The notes below the pieces were generated by a model. That model ran no database searches and was not told the origin of the DNA. It saw only the letters and a list, made by a program, of their open reading frames with translations. Made by a program: the position numbers and the translations under genes. 48,451 nucleotides of DNA, taken from positions 1 to 48,451 of the forward strand of contig DATDSK010000036.1 in the NCBI GenBank assembly GCA_035291325.1, read 5' to 3'. The stretch is from Bdellovibrionota bacterium (GTDB lineage Bacteria > Bdellovibrionota > UBA1018). Below, piece by piece: positions 34,447 to 43,558 of this stretch (position 1 is the first letter of the stretch; the number at the start of each line of letters is the position of its first letter).

Positions 34447-35624
34447 ATGCATGCTGCGTCGTACCTCTTTTATTGACTCTTACGGCTCTCTTCTATCTAT
34501 CTGCCCTGAAGCAGCTTCTACAGGACCGTCTATTATATTCGACGGTCGCAGTCGCTGTTTTGGACGCGTCTTACTCATGGGTTACTCACCAGACGCTTTT
34601 TTCTATTCAGGATATTTATTTTTATTTTTTCATCACAAGCTACATCGCTTTCAGACACATAAAAAAGGACCACCTGCGAACCTGTTTCATCTTTTTTTCA
34701 CTTGCTTCGGTTTTGGTTTACATGGCAGAAATGTCCCTCGGGATCGCCTCGAACACTCATCGCGCAGCGATGGGCAGTTATCATGCGCTCTCGGATTTTC
34801 TTGTTACACGCGAAGGACTGATATCCGGGACATCTCACCTTACAAGAACGTTACCGATTTTGGGCGGAATTTCTCTCATTCGCCCGGTCGGGCTACTTGG
34901 AAATGTACATTTCGGGTCGTTCGCGCTCATTCCTTTCTTTCTTTTTCTTACTCTTTACAACCGCTCAAACTTTTCCAAAATCGTCATCAGCAGTCTGATA
35001 CTTTTAGGCGGGACAATTCAAACCATTTTCGCTTTTTCAATTTTCGCGGTAATCAGTCATTTGAACAAAAAGCGTCTGGCCATAGGATTCGGCGTGGCCT
35101 CCCTGTTCGGATTTGCAAGCCTAATCGCTTTAGTTTACTTCGCAACAAGCCTGCCAGTGCACAACGACATGTACATGCTCTATCAGGAGGCTTTTGCAGC
35201 CGCTGGTCGGACGCGTTTCCTTGATCTGTTCTTTGGCGTGCCTTGGAGAGTGGTTATAGAGAATCTGCGCCCGATGAATTCAGCGGTATCCCTTAATTTG
35301 GGCGAAGCAGGCCTTCTTCGATATACTGCGGAACTCGGCCTCCTGAAACTGGCATTTGCTCCTTGGATCGTATTGAACTCTCAGAGTTCGCGGCTCTGGC
35401 TCATGCGCCTTGCGTTTCTTCTCGCTCTCTATTCCACATTGTCGCACTATTTCGTTCTGACGACCTTATTCGGCGCTTTTATTTCGGCGGTCGGGTTGGC
35501 GCTTCTCGATCTCGAATCCCAAGATAACCAGGTAGCTCGCCAAAAATGTGAAAATCAAAATAATGACAGAACCACCAATCAGACCAGCACCGGTTTGCGA
35601 AAAGGATATTCTGCAGTCTTCTGA
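34440..35624 (+). CDS. Second Wzy-like polytopic membrane protein (putative polymerase)
   Basis: 394 aa with about 10 hydrophobic segments and no soluble domain. It lies directly after a GT4 with a 7-nt overlap. The last ~45 codons are hydrophilic and overlap a convergent ORF, so the true 3' end is uncertain. Confidence 0.5.
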   Translation: MLNACCVVPLLLTLTALFYLSALKQLLQDRLLYSTVAVAVLDASYSWVTHQTLFSIQDIYFYFFITSYIAFRHIKKDHLRTCFIFFSLASVLVYMAEMSLGIASNTHRAAMGSYHALSDFLVTREGLISGTSHLTRTLPILGGISLIRPVGLLGNVHFGSFALIPFFLFLTLYNRSNFSKIVISSLILLGGTIQTIFAFSIFAVISHLNKKRLAIGFGVASLFGFASLIALVYFATSLPVHNDMYMLYQEAFAAAGRTRFLDLFFGVPWRVVIENLRPMNSAVSLNLGEAGLLRYTAELGLLKLAFAPWIVLNSQSSRLWLMRLAFLLALYSTLSHYFVLTTLFGAFISAVGLALLDLESQDNQVARQKCENQNNDRTTNQTSTGLRKGYSAVF

Positions 35625-35939
35625 AAGAAACGCGTCCGTTATCTTCCGTGTAATCCCAAGCTCGGAGGTTCCGTCGAGTTTATGAATTTCGGACAGTTTG
35701 TCAAAAAATTCCGACTCCTTGACGCCACTGGCCAATTTAATCAGATAGCAATCGATGAAGACTATCTTTGTACTGTAATATCTGTCTTTAAAGACCTCAC
35801 GAAAATAAGTGTCAATCTTCTCCGGGCGCCTGAGTTCTATTTTGCTCCAAACTTCCAGGTGTTTTGCTTTTGCTGTTTCATTCCAGTAAAGCGAGAGGCT
35901 TATCAAAGATAAAGGAACCCATAAAACGACCGCTTTCAT
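35466..35939 (-). CDS. Hypothetical small bitopic protein (N-terminal and C-terminal TM segments)
   Basis: From the ATG at 35939 it reads MKAVVLWVPLSLISLSLYW... and ends ...GLIGGSVIILIFTFLASYLVILGF. I recognised no motif. It overlaps the Wzy-like 3' end by 159 nt and may not be real. Confidence 0.3.
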   Translation of the reverse strand: MKAVVLWVPLSLISLSLYWNETAKAKHLEVWSKIELRRPEKIDTYFREVFKDRYYSTKIVFIDCYLIKLASGVKESEFFDKLSEIHKLDGTSELGITRKITDAFLSEDCRISFSQTGAGLIGGSVIILIFTFLASYLVILGFEIEKRQPDRRNKSAE

Positions 35940-36103
35940 GAACTCCGCTTTATTATCACTTAGGAATTCCCGAACTTGGAAAATAGATCGCGATACAAAA
36001 GACTGAACGAATCTCGAATGCTTCGGCAATCGAATCAAAGATTTCTCCTCTCGACTTTTATGCCTAGTATGTCTATTGATTTTCTAAATTGGAAAGTCAA
36101 GAA

Positions 36104-37081
36104 ATGAAAAATGTTTTGCTCACCGGCGCCTCCGGATTCGTCGGTCGTCACGTATATCGGGCATTGAAGAAGAACGGGTATTGGGTTCGGGCGGCGATCC
36201 GAGACAGTAAATTCCAGGAAAGTTCCGGGCAACCGCTTGCAGACGAATACGTTCAGATCGACGAAATCTCTGGCGAGACTGTATGGTTAGAAGCGCTCAA
36301 TAATATCGATTACGTCGTTCACCTCGCGGCACGAGTTCACGTCATGAACGATCGGGTTGTCAATCCGATCTCAGAATTCCGTCGCGTGAATCGCGACGGG
36401 ACACTACGCCTTGGTCATTCATGTGTTCAGGCAGGCATTAAACGGTTCATTTTCCTGAGCTCGGCTAAAGTGCACGGCGAAGGTTCGGCAGTGCCTTACA
36501 CCGAGGCTAGCCCGATCGCACCCGAAGACCCGTACTCCGTTTCCAAAGCTGAAGCCGAACAGGAGCTGGTTCAACTTGTGAACTCCAGCAATGGAAAAAT
36601 GTCTTCAGTCACGCTTCGCCCACCTCTCGTGTATGGCCCAGGTGTGAAAGCAAATTTCCTGAATCTGATCCGCCTTGTTCTAACGGGAGTTCCACTACCA
36701 CTCGGTGCTATTCATAACCAGCGAAGTATCATATATGTCGGGAACCTCGCGGACGCGATCGTTCACTCTCTGAATGCCGAAGTAATCGCTTCTCAAACTT
36801 ACTTAGTGAGCGATGGAGTCGACTTTTCAACCCCCGATCTCGTTCGCGCGATCGCCACCGCTGCGAACAGAAGGTCGCGGCTTATTGCTATTCCGGAAAT
36901 ATTCTTAACGTCCGCTGCGAAGATTCTCGGGAAAGGACCAACCCTCGCTCGTCTTACCGGCAGTCTGCGTCTCGATATTTCATCGATCCAGAAAAGTCTT
37001 GAATGGAAGCCAAAGATTCCGCCTGAAGAAGGATTCAGAGAAACCGTTCGCTGGTTTACCGAAGGAAGGACGGCTTGGTGA
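36104..37081 (+). CDS. Extended SDR NAD-dependent epimerase/reductase, WbpK/WbpV-like
   Basis: MKNVLLTGASGFVGRHV, FLSSAKVHGE and YSVSKAEAE (YxxxK). It sits immediately upstream of the WbpL-like and WbpM-like genes, as in Pseudomonas O-antigen loci. The track start at 36089 is TTG. Confidence 0.75.
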   Translation: MKNVLLTGASGFVGRHVYRALKKNGYWVRAAIRDSKFQESSGQPLADEYVQIDEISGETVWLEALNNIDYVVHLAARVHVMNDRVVNPISEFRRVNRDGTLRLGHSCVQAGIKRFIFLSSAKVHGEGSAVPYTEASPIAPEDPYSVSKAEAEQELVQLVNSSNGKMSSVTLRPPLVYGPGVKANFLNLIRLVLTGVPLPLGAIHNQRSIIYVGNLADAIVHSLNAEVIASQTYLVSDGVDFSTPDLVRAIATAANRRSRLIAIPEIFLTSAAKILGKGPTLARLTGSLRLDISSIQKSLEWKPKIPPEEGFRETVRWFTEGRTAW

Positions 37082-38103
37082 AAGAACCTTCGGCACTCTT
37101 AATTTTCGGACTGTTGATATTTCTAATCAGCTACTCCCTGGTTTTTGGAATCAGAAACTTTGCGCTGCGGTTTGGATTACAGGACGTGCCCAATGATCGC
37201 AGCTCTCATCATACCCCAATGCCGCGTGGCGGTGGCTTAGCAGTCGTTCTTCTCGTCATTGTCGTCACGCTTATCGGAGCACTTCTGAAAGAGATTCCGT
37301 ACGTCTTGGCTGCGTGCCTAGGCTGCGGATTACCAGTAGCTCTCGTTGGTATGATCGATGACATCCGGCATCTTTCCGCGAAATCCAGAATCATCGTTCA
37401 CCTGTTTTCCGCAACCGGAGTCGCGTCATTCATTTGCATAAGCGCCGCGAGTAGGCTCAACTCCGTTCCAATAACAGCCATTCTCCTCGGGGCACTCATC
37501 ATTTTTTATCTCGCTTGGATGACAAATTTATACAACTTCATGGATGGAATTGATGGAATCGCCAGCACTCAAGGCATTACCGTCACGATGATCACTATGA
37601 CGATTGCGTTTCAGAAAGGAAATTTCCCGCTCGGTCTTGTCGCGCTCGTTCTAAGTTCCGCTCTTTTGGGCTTTATTATTCACAATTGGCATCCAGCAAG
37701 GATCTTCATGGGCGACGTATGTAGCGGCTTCTTAGGTTTTACATTCGGGGTTCTTGCACTCTGGGGTGCTCTTGATAACACGATTCCTTTCCCGACCGCG
37801 CTTATTCTCATGGGCGCGTTCATTGTTGATGCGACTTACACCTTATTGCGCCGCCTGCTCCGGGGAGAACTTGTCTATCAGGCGCACCGGCTCCACAGCT
37901 ATCAGAAGCTCGCCCGAATCGGGCACAGCCGGGTTTGCCTTGCCCTCGCTGCTCTGAACATCCTCTGGCTCGCTCCTGCGGCATACTCCAGCATGAAATT
38001 TCCCGAACATTCTTGGTTAATTCTTTTAGGCAGCTATGTTCCGCTGGTAGCCCTCGCCTATCTCGTCAAAGCTGGTATTCCCGAAGACCGAGAATGGAGC
38101 TAA
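37075..38103 (+). CDS. Polyprenyl-phosphate N-acetylhexosamine-1-phosphate transferase (WecA/WbpL/MraY family initiating enzyme)
   Basis: 11-TM type protein with SSHHTPMPRGGG, GMIDDIRHLS, NLYNFMDGIDGIAS and IFMGDVCSGFLGF. The start is TTG at 37075 or GTG at 37078, overlapping the upstream stop. Confidence 0.85.
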   Translation: MVKEPSALLIFGLLIFLISYSLVFGIRNFALRFGLQDVPNDRSSHHTPMPRGGGLAVVLLVIVVTLIGALLKEIPYVLAACLGCGLPVALVGMIDDIRHLSAKSRIIVHLFSATGVASFICISAASRLNSVPITAILLGALIIFYLAWMTNLYNFMDGIDGIASTQGITVTMITMTIAFQKGNFPLGLVALVLSSALLGFIIHNWHPARIFMGDVCSGFLGFTFGVLALWGALDNTIPFPTALILMGAFIVDATYTLLRRLLRGELVYQAHRLHSYQKLARIGHSRVCLALAALNILWLAPAAYSSMKFPEHSWLILLGSYVPLVALAYLVKAGIPEDREWS

Positions 38104-38216
38104 ATTCGCGGCATTCTTGGTTGTCCGTTCGAAAAACCAAGCATAAATCCTTGACTGTATGGCTCGGAAGGTGTTTCTTAGGATAACTTTTTTCGAGAAC
38201 AAGGTACGAGGTCAAA

Positions 38217-40163
38217 GTGAAGCAGTTTGTCAGCATCACGGCTCGGCGTTTTACGGTTTTCATTTTCGATTTATTCGCAATCGGTATTGCTTTTGTGGGA
38301 GCCTTCGCGCTTCGTTTTGATTTCAAAGTCCCCCCAGCCGAAGCGGCACTCATCATTCATTCGCTTCCCTGGGTTTTTTTAATACAAGCCCCCGTTTTCG
38401 TCGTACACGGCCTGTACAGGGGTTTGTGGGCCTTCGCTAGCTTAAGAGACCTGCTGCTTATCGTAAGAGCAGTCTTCTTCGCGACGGTTTTGTCCCTTTG
38501 CTTCTTTTTCGCCTGGGATCGCCTGATCGGCTGGCCAAGATCGATTTTCCTTATAGACGCCGGCCTGCTCGTCCTTACGGTCGGTGGTGCGCGATTCACC
38601 TACCGCGCGGCCCGGGAAACCTTTTGGAGAATTCACCAGAAAAGGACGCGCATTCTCATCGTCGGCGCAGGTCGAAGCGCCAGCCTAATCGCCCGAGAAA
38701 CAAGCTCTCAGCCCGAACTATCGACGCAAGTTGTGGGTTTTCTGGATGATGACCCGAGACTGGTTGGCATCCAGATTCACGGGGCGGCGGTTCTGGGTCA
38801 GGTTAATTCACTGGACCGATGGCTTTCAAAGTTAAAGCCGGATCAGGTCGTAATCGCGATTCCAAGTCTAGCCGGACCGCGCGTGAAAGAAATCCTGTCG
38901 GTCGTACGTAAGCACAATATTCAATGCCGAATCTGCCCGCCAATTCGCGACATGCTGCTTGGAAAAGTGAAAGTGAATCAGCTTCGAGAAGTCCATGTTG
39001 AAGACGTTCTCCCGCGCGACGTCGTGAAAGTGGATGACACGAGCCTCGGAACATGGATTACGGGACGCTGCATCATGGTCACCGGTGCCGGAGGAAGCAT
39101 CGGAAGCGAACTCTGCCGCCAGGTACTGAAATATAAACCCAGCACTCTCGTCCTATATGAACGTTCGGAATTTAACCTCTACCAGTTCGAACGTGAGCTC
39201 CGCCGAGACCCCACGTTGGATGACACCCGATTTGCTTTTGTGATCGGCGACATTCTGAACGAGAAGCGCTTGCAAAATACATTCAGCAAGTACAAGCCCG
39301 AAATCATTCTCCACGCCGCAGCTTACAAACACGTGCCGCTCATGGAAGAAAATATTTTCGAAGCTCTCAATAATAACGTTCTCGGAACGTACCGGCTTGT
39401 CATGAATGCCGCAGCTTCCGGCATAAAACACTTCGTCATGATTTCTTCCGACAAAGCAGTTCGTCCGACCTCTGTCATGGGTGCGACAAAGCGCATGGCG
39501 GAACTCGTGGTTCATTCGATCGGGAAACGTTCCGCGATGACTACCACGGCCGTCCGCTTCGGCAATGTTCTTGACAGCCAGGGCTCCGTACTCCCGCTAT
39601 TCCGCGCACAAATCGCGAACGGCGGCCCGGTAACGGTGACCCACCCAGAAGTCACACGTTTCTTCATGACAATTCCCGAAGCTTCTCAGCTCGTCCTCCA
39701 GGCGAGTCTGCTCGGTCGCGGCGGCGAAATTTTTCTTCTCGACATGGGGGAACCCATTCTGATTCGTGAACTCGCCGAGGAACTGATCCGCCTTTCCGGT
39801 TTACGTCCTTACGAAGACATTGACATCGTATTTACCGGGCTTCGGCATGGAGAAAAGTTGTATGAGGAACTTTTGATCGACATGAGCCATGCAAAACGGA
39901 CCGCCCACCCAAAAATCATGGTGTCGACCCAGGAGATGGATTCGAACCTCCCCGATGACTGGGAAACCGTTCTCAGGAGTTTCGCGGCGAACGAAGAGGT
40001 GCCACGGGACGAAAACCTGCTGGCATGGATTCAAGGCTGGGTACCCTGTTATGTCAGGACGGTACACGGGAAGAATGTCGAAAACCCGGCAGACCAGGAC
40101 TCCAAAAGCTCCGATGACCTAACGGAGACAACCGTGAACGCAGAAACCCAGTACCTCCACTAA
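38217..40163 (+). CDS. Membrane-anchored UDP-GlcNAc 4,6-dehydratase (WbpM/CapD/PglF family)
   Basis: 648 aa. It has N-terminal TM segments, then ILIVGAGRSASLIA and IMVTGAGGSIGSELCRQV, then YKHVPLME and MISSDKAVRPTSVMGATKR. GTG start. Confidence 0.9.
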   Translation: MKQFVSITARRFTVFIFDLFAIGIAFVGAFALRFDFKVPPAEAALIIHSLPWVFLIQAPVFVVHGLYRGLWAFASLRDLLLIVRAVFFATVLSLCFFFAWDRLIGWPRSIFLIDAGLLVLTVGGARFTYRAARETFWRIHQKRTRILIVGAGRSASLIARETSSQPELSTQVVGFLDDDPRLVGIQIHGAAVLGQVNSLDRWLSKLKPDQVVIAIPSLAGPRVKEILSVVRKHNIQCRICPPIRDMLLGKVKVNQLREVHVEDVLPRDVVKVDDTSLGTWITGRCIMVTGAGGSIGSELCRQVLKYKPSTLVLYERSEFNLYQFERELRRDPTLDDTRFAFVIGDILNEKRLQNTFSKYKPEIILHAAAYKHVPLMEENIFEALNNNVLGTYRLVMNAAASGIKHFVMISSDKAVRPTSVMGATKRMAELVVHSIGKRSAMTTTAVRFGNVLDSQGSVLPLFRAQIANGGPVTVTHPEVTRFFMTIPEASQLVLQASLLGRGGEIFLLDMGEPILIRELAEELIRLSGLRPYEDIDIVFTGLRHGEKLYEELLIDMSHAKRTAHPKIMVSTQEMDSNLPDDWETVLRSFAANEEVPRDENLLAWIQGWVPCYVRTVHGKNVENPADQDSKSSDDLTETTVNAETQYLH

Positions 40164-40164
40164 T

Positions 40165-41241
40165 ATGAAAACTATTGTCACGATTACCGGCATCCGCCCT
40201 GATTTCATCCGAATGAAGGAAATATTCAGACGGTTAGATGAAAACTTCCGTCACATCATGATCCATACTGGGCAACACTACGACGACGCTCTCAGTAAAG
40301 TTTTTTTTGAAGATCTCAAGATCCGCAAACCCGACCACGTTCTTGCTACGGGCGCCAATAGCCGGACCCATTACGAACAGCTCGCATACCTTTCAAAAGA
40401 GATTTTCTACCTTTTTGAACGGGAAAAAATCGATCCGGACTTGATCCTCTTTCTCGGTGATTCGAATTCGGCGATGATCAGCGCGCCACTCTTCAAAGAA
40501 GGTTACAGGATCGGCCACATCGAAGGCGGAATGCGGTCATACGACAGGCGGATGCCGGAAGAAGTCAACCGAGTCATCTGCGATTATGTCTCCGATTTCA
40601 TTTTCGTTTACACCCCGGCTTATAAAGAACGTCTTCTGAAAGAAAACCGCCCTCCGGACGGCATTTTTGTCGTCGGTAACACAATTACTGAAATCGTTCG
40701 CGAGTTTATGCCCAAGGGGCCAAGGGCAAAAAAATATATCGTCGGGGATATTCACCGAAGCGAAAACCTCAGCAGCCCTGAGCAGCTTCGGCATATTCTT
40801 GAATACTTAAACAGCGTTGGCGAAGCCCTGAATATCCCCGTAAAGCTGGTTCGGTTCGCCCGGGCTCAAAAGATGATCGAGGAAAACCATCTTCTTGATC
40901 GTCTCTCGAACATAGAACCGGTCGGTCCGTATGGCTTTCTTAAGTATTTGGAGTTCCAGTACGGAGCCTTGGCCGTGATTTCAGACTCGGGAACTGCGCA
41001 GGAAGAGTGCCCCCTGCTTGGGGTACCGGCCATCGTCCCACGAAATCGCACCGAGCGACCAGAATCGCTAGAATTCGGGAACAGCATTCTGGTCGGGGAA
41101 TCGAGGCCTATCCCAGAGATGGTCCGCGACACCCTTGAATTCATAAAAAGTTATACTATCAACGAAGAACGTCTCCAATGGCTTGGAGACGGTAAAACTT
41201 CTGAACGGATCGTTTCAATCCTTTTGGAGAAGCTGAAATGA
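40165..41241 (+). CDS. UDP-N-acetylglucosamine 2-epimerase family (WecB/CapG/FnlC-like)
   Basis: TITGIRPDFIRM, HTGQHYD, GDSNSAM, HIEGGMRSYDRRMPEEVNR and SDSGTAQEE. Confidence 0.85.
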   Translation: MKTIVTITGIRPDFIRMKEIFRRLDENFRHIMIHTGQHYDDALSKVFFEDLKIRKPDHVLATGANSRTHYEQLAYLSKEIFYLFEREKIDPDLILFLGDSNSAMISAPLFKEGYRIGHIEGGMRSYDRRMPEEVNRVICDYVSDFIFVYTPAYKERLLKENRPPDGIFVVGNTITEIVREFMPKGPRAKKYIVGDIHRSENLSSPEQLRHILEYLNSVGEALNIPVKLVRFARAQKMIEENHLLDRLSNIEPVGPYGFLKYLEFQYGALAVISDSGTAQEECPLLGVPAIVPRNRTERPESLEFGNSILVGESRPIPEMVRDTLEFIKSYTINEERLQWLGDGKTSERIVSILLEKLK

Positions 41242-42188
41242 AGAATGTTTTAGTCGTCGGTGGCGCGGGTTACATCGGCGGATGTTTGACGGACCTACTT
41301 CTCGAAAAAGGTTGCAACGTAACCGTTTTTGACCGCCTCCTTTACGAGGAGCGATTTCTCAAGAATGTACCGTTTATTTTCGGCGACATTCGAGACACAG
41401 ACACTCTCGTAAAAATTCAAAGCAAGTACGACACGATTCTTTGGCTCGCGGCCATTGTTGGCGACGGCGCCTGCTCTCAGGATCCAGCCCTGACGTATGA
41501 GGTAAATTTTCACTCTGTAAAACGTTTTCTCGATAAAGCCAACCGACGATTGATTTTCCCCTCCACGTGTTCTGTTTATGGCGCTCAGGATGGGTTGCTG
41601 ACCGAAAGAAGCACCCCTAAGCCGCTCTCGGTTTACGCCGAAACCAAGCTTCTGGCCGAAAAAGCTGTTCTTGAAAAAGGCGGAATGGCTTTTCGACTTG
41701 GGACACTCTTCGGCTTGGGTGACAACTACTCGCGCTTGAGATTGGACCTCGTCATTAACGTCCTTACCTACAAAGCCGTCAAAGACAGGAAAATCACTGT
41801 ATTTGGTGGAGATCAGTGGCGTCCCGTACTGGCTGTCAAGGATGTTGCAGCGTATTTCGCGGAAGCCGTTTCACGCGATTACAACGATGTCTTCAACCTG
41901 AGCATGAAGAACATCAAAATTAACGATTGCGCGGCCCTTTACAAAAACATTTTTCCAGATCTGGAAGTTGAGATTGTTGATTCCAAGTTTGAGGATTTGC
42001 GAAATTACCGCGTTTCGAGCGAAAAAGCGGACCACGGGTTCATCTATAAACCCCAGACCAGCATCGAAAGCGAAATCCATCGGATGGTCGCATTATTGAC
42101 GGAGCGCCGAATCAAGAATCCGCTGGACCCACGGTATTATAATACCCACTATGTCCGGGAAACCTTAGATGACATTAGGAAGTACTAG
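41238..42188 (+). CDS. Extended SDR NAD-dependent sugar epimerase/dehydratase
   Basis: VLVVGGAGYIGGCL, STCSVYG and YAETKLLAE. The ATG overlaps the upstream stop (ATGA). Confidence 0.75.
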   Translation: MKNVLVVGGAGYIGGCLTDLLLEKGCNVTVFDRLLYEERFLKNVPFIFGDIRDTDTLVKIQSKYDTILWLAAIVGDGACSQDPALTYEVNFHSVKRFLDKANRRLIFPSTCSVYGAQDGLLTERSTPKPLSVYAETKLLAEKAVLEKGGMAFRLGTLFGLGDNYSRLRLDLVINVLTYKAVKDRKITVFGGDQWRPVLAVKDVAAYFAEAVSRDYNDVFNLSMKNIKINDCAALYKNIFPDLEVEIVDSKFEDLRNYRVSSEKADHGFIYKPQTSIESEIHRMVALLTERRIKNPLDPRYYNTHYVRETLDDIRKY

Positions 42189-42228
42189 TAAGAGTCATAG
42201 CTAAAGACGAGAGAAATGCGGAGAAGCA

Positions 42229-42678
42229 ATGATAGGTGATATCCAGGTGTTCGAGGGCGGATTGGCGGTTGACGATCGGGGGACTGTTTCCTTCGTCAAT
42301 GGTTTTGACTTCACTCAGGTAAAGCGATTTTACAAAATAGAGAATTTTTCAAAAAACGTCGTCCGGGCATTTCACGGGCACCTTAAAGAAGGAAAATATG
42401 TTTTTGTCGTAAGCGGCAGCATTATTTTCGCGGCCGTTCCGATGACCGATACAAAAACGCCTGACAAGAATGCCAAAGTTCAACGCTTCGTGCTCTCCTC
42501 GAGAAAGCCTTCGATAGTTTATATCCCCCCTGGGTACGCGAACGGCTTTAGGATTCTGGAGGAGAACAGCCAAATTATATTCTTCTCGACCTCGACTCTC
42601 GAACAATCCAAAGGGGATGATTACCGCTTTCCAGCGGATTATTGGGGACAACAGGTTTGGGAGGTAGAAAACCGATGA
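42229..42678 (+). CDS. RmlC-like cupin (sugar-nucleotide epimerase/isomerase, CapF C-terminal-domain-like)
   Basis: 149 aa. DDRGTVSFVNGFDFTQVKRFYKIENFSKNVVRAFHGHLKEGKYVFVVSGS and YIPPGYANGF are present. GGAGAAG RBS upstream. Confidence 0.6.
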   Translation: MIGDIQVFEGGLAVDDRGTVSFVNGFDFTQVKRFYKIENFSKNVVRAFHGHLKEGKYVFVVSGSIIFAAVPMTDTKTPDKNAKVQRFVLSSRKPSIVYIPPGYANGFRILEENSQIIFFSTSTLEQSKGDDYRFPADYWGQQVWEVENR

Positions 42679-43538
42679 AGATCATCGTTCTTGGCACGAC
42701 TGGAATGCTTGGATCCATGGTTCACGGATACCTGCAGCGAAATTCCCGGCTTCAGGTGATCGGGTCCACCCGCGAAAACTTCGATGCCGAAGCCTTCGCC
42801 ACGGGCCACCCTGTTAAACTCGATTTGAGTGCCGATTACATCATCAACTGCATCGGGGTGATCAAGCCGTTCTGCAAAGATAGTGATCCTCGGGGCTGCG
42901 AACGCGCGATTAAGGTGAATGCTCTTTTTCCGCACAAACTCGGGCAGTCCGCACGCAATCAGCGGACCCGGGTCATTCAGATAGCGACAGACTGCGTTTA
43001 TTCCGGCTTCAAGGGTTTTTACAAAGAATCCGACCCTCACGACGCCCTCGACGTTTATGGCAAAACAAAAAGCCTTGGAGAGGTGTTCGATGGCTCTGTT
43101 CTGAATCTGCGATGCTCCATTATTGGACCAGAAATCAAAAATCGCGTCAGCCTTCTCGAATGGTTTTTGGGGAATAAAGACGGTTCCGAGCTCAACGGCT
43201 TTTCCCATCATACTTGGAACGGCATTACAACCCTGCAATTTGCCGAGCTCTGCGAGAAGATTATTGAAAATCCAGGATCATATGAAGATCTCATAAAGAT
43301 TTCTCACATTCACCATTACATCCCGAACTCAACGGTGAATAAGTTCGAGCTGCTCACGCTTATGTCCAAGATTTTCGAGAAAAATTTTAAAATCAAACAA
43401 GTTGATAATATTGGGCCACCCGTGAATCGGGCCTTGTCGACGAGTTTTTCAGCGTTGAAATGGGCTTCACCGCAGCAAGAGATGGAGAAGGCACTTTTTC
43501 AACTTAAAAAATATATGACGTCAGCCAAGTCTGTGTAA
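42675..43538 (+). CDS. RmlD-like SDR reductase (dTDP-4-dehydrorhamnose reductase family / CapF N-domain-like)
   Basis: MKIIVLGTTGMLGSMV and YGKTKSLGE. The ATG at 42675 overlaps the cupin stop (ATGA), with GGGAGG 10 nt upstream. The track start at 42642 is a spurious extension. Confidence 0.7.
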   Translation: MKIIVLGTTGMLGSMVHGYLQRNSRLQVIGSTRENFDAEAFATGHPVKLDLSADYIINCIGVIKPFCKDSDPRGCERAIKVNALFPHKLGQSARNQRTRVIQIATDCVYSGFKGFYKESDPHDALDVYGKTKSLGEVFDGSVLNLRCSIIGPEIKNRVSLLEWFLGNKDGSELNGFSHHTWNGITTLQFAELCEKIIENPGSYEDLIKISHIHHYIPNSTVNKFELLTLMSKIFEKNFKIKQVDNIGPPVNRALSTSFSALKWASPQQEMEKALFQLKKYMTSAKSV

Positions 43539-43558
43539 AACGGCGTCACGCGTGGCTC

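Noticed and set aside
34451-35224. 257-aa plus-strand ORF overlapping the second Wzy-like gene
   Set aside because: It is an alternative frame of 34440..35624. The Wzy-like frame gives coherent TM helices, whereas this one is Arg/Ser/Phe-rich and irregular.
38116-38141. 7-bp stem hairpin CTTGGTT-12 nt-AACCAAG between the WbpL-like and WbpM-like genes
   Set aside because: It is not followed by a T-run and the loop is long. The genes on both sides are co-directional members of a conserved trio, so a terminator call is not justified. It may be an RNA processing or attenuation structure, but the evidence is too thin.
42639-43238. 199-aa minus-strand ORF
   Set aside because: It is antisense to the RmlD-like reductase, which has the GxxGxxG and YxxxK motifs and an ATGA-coupled start with a strong RBS.
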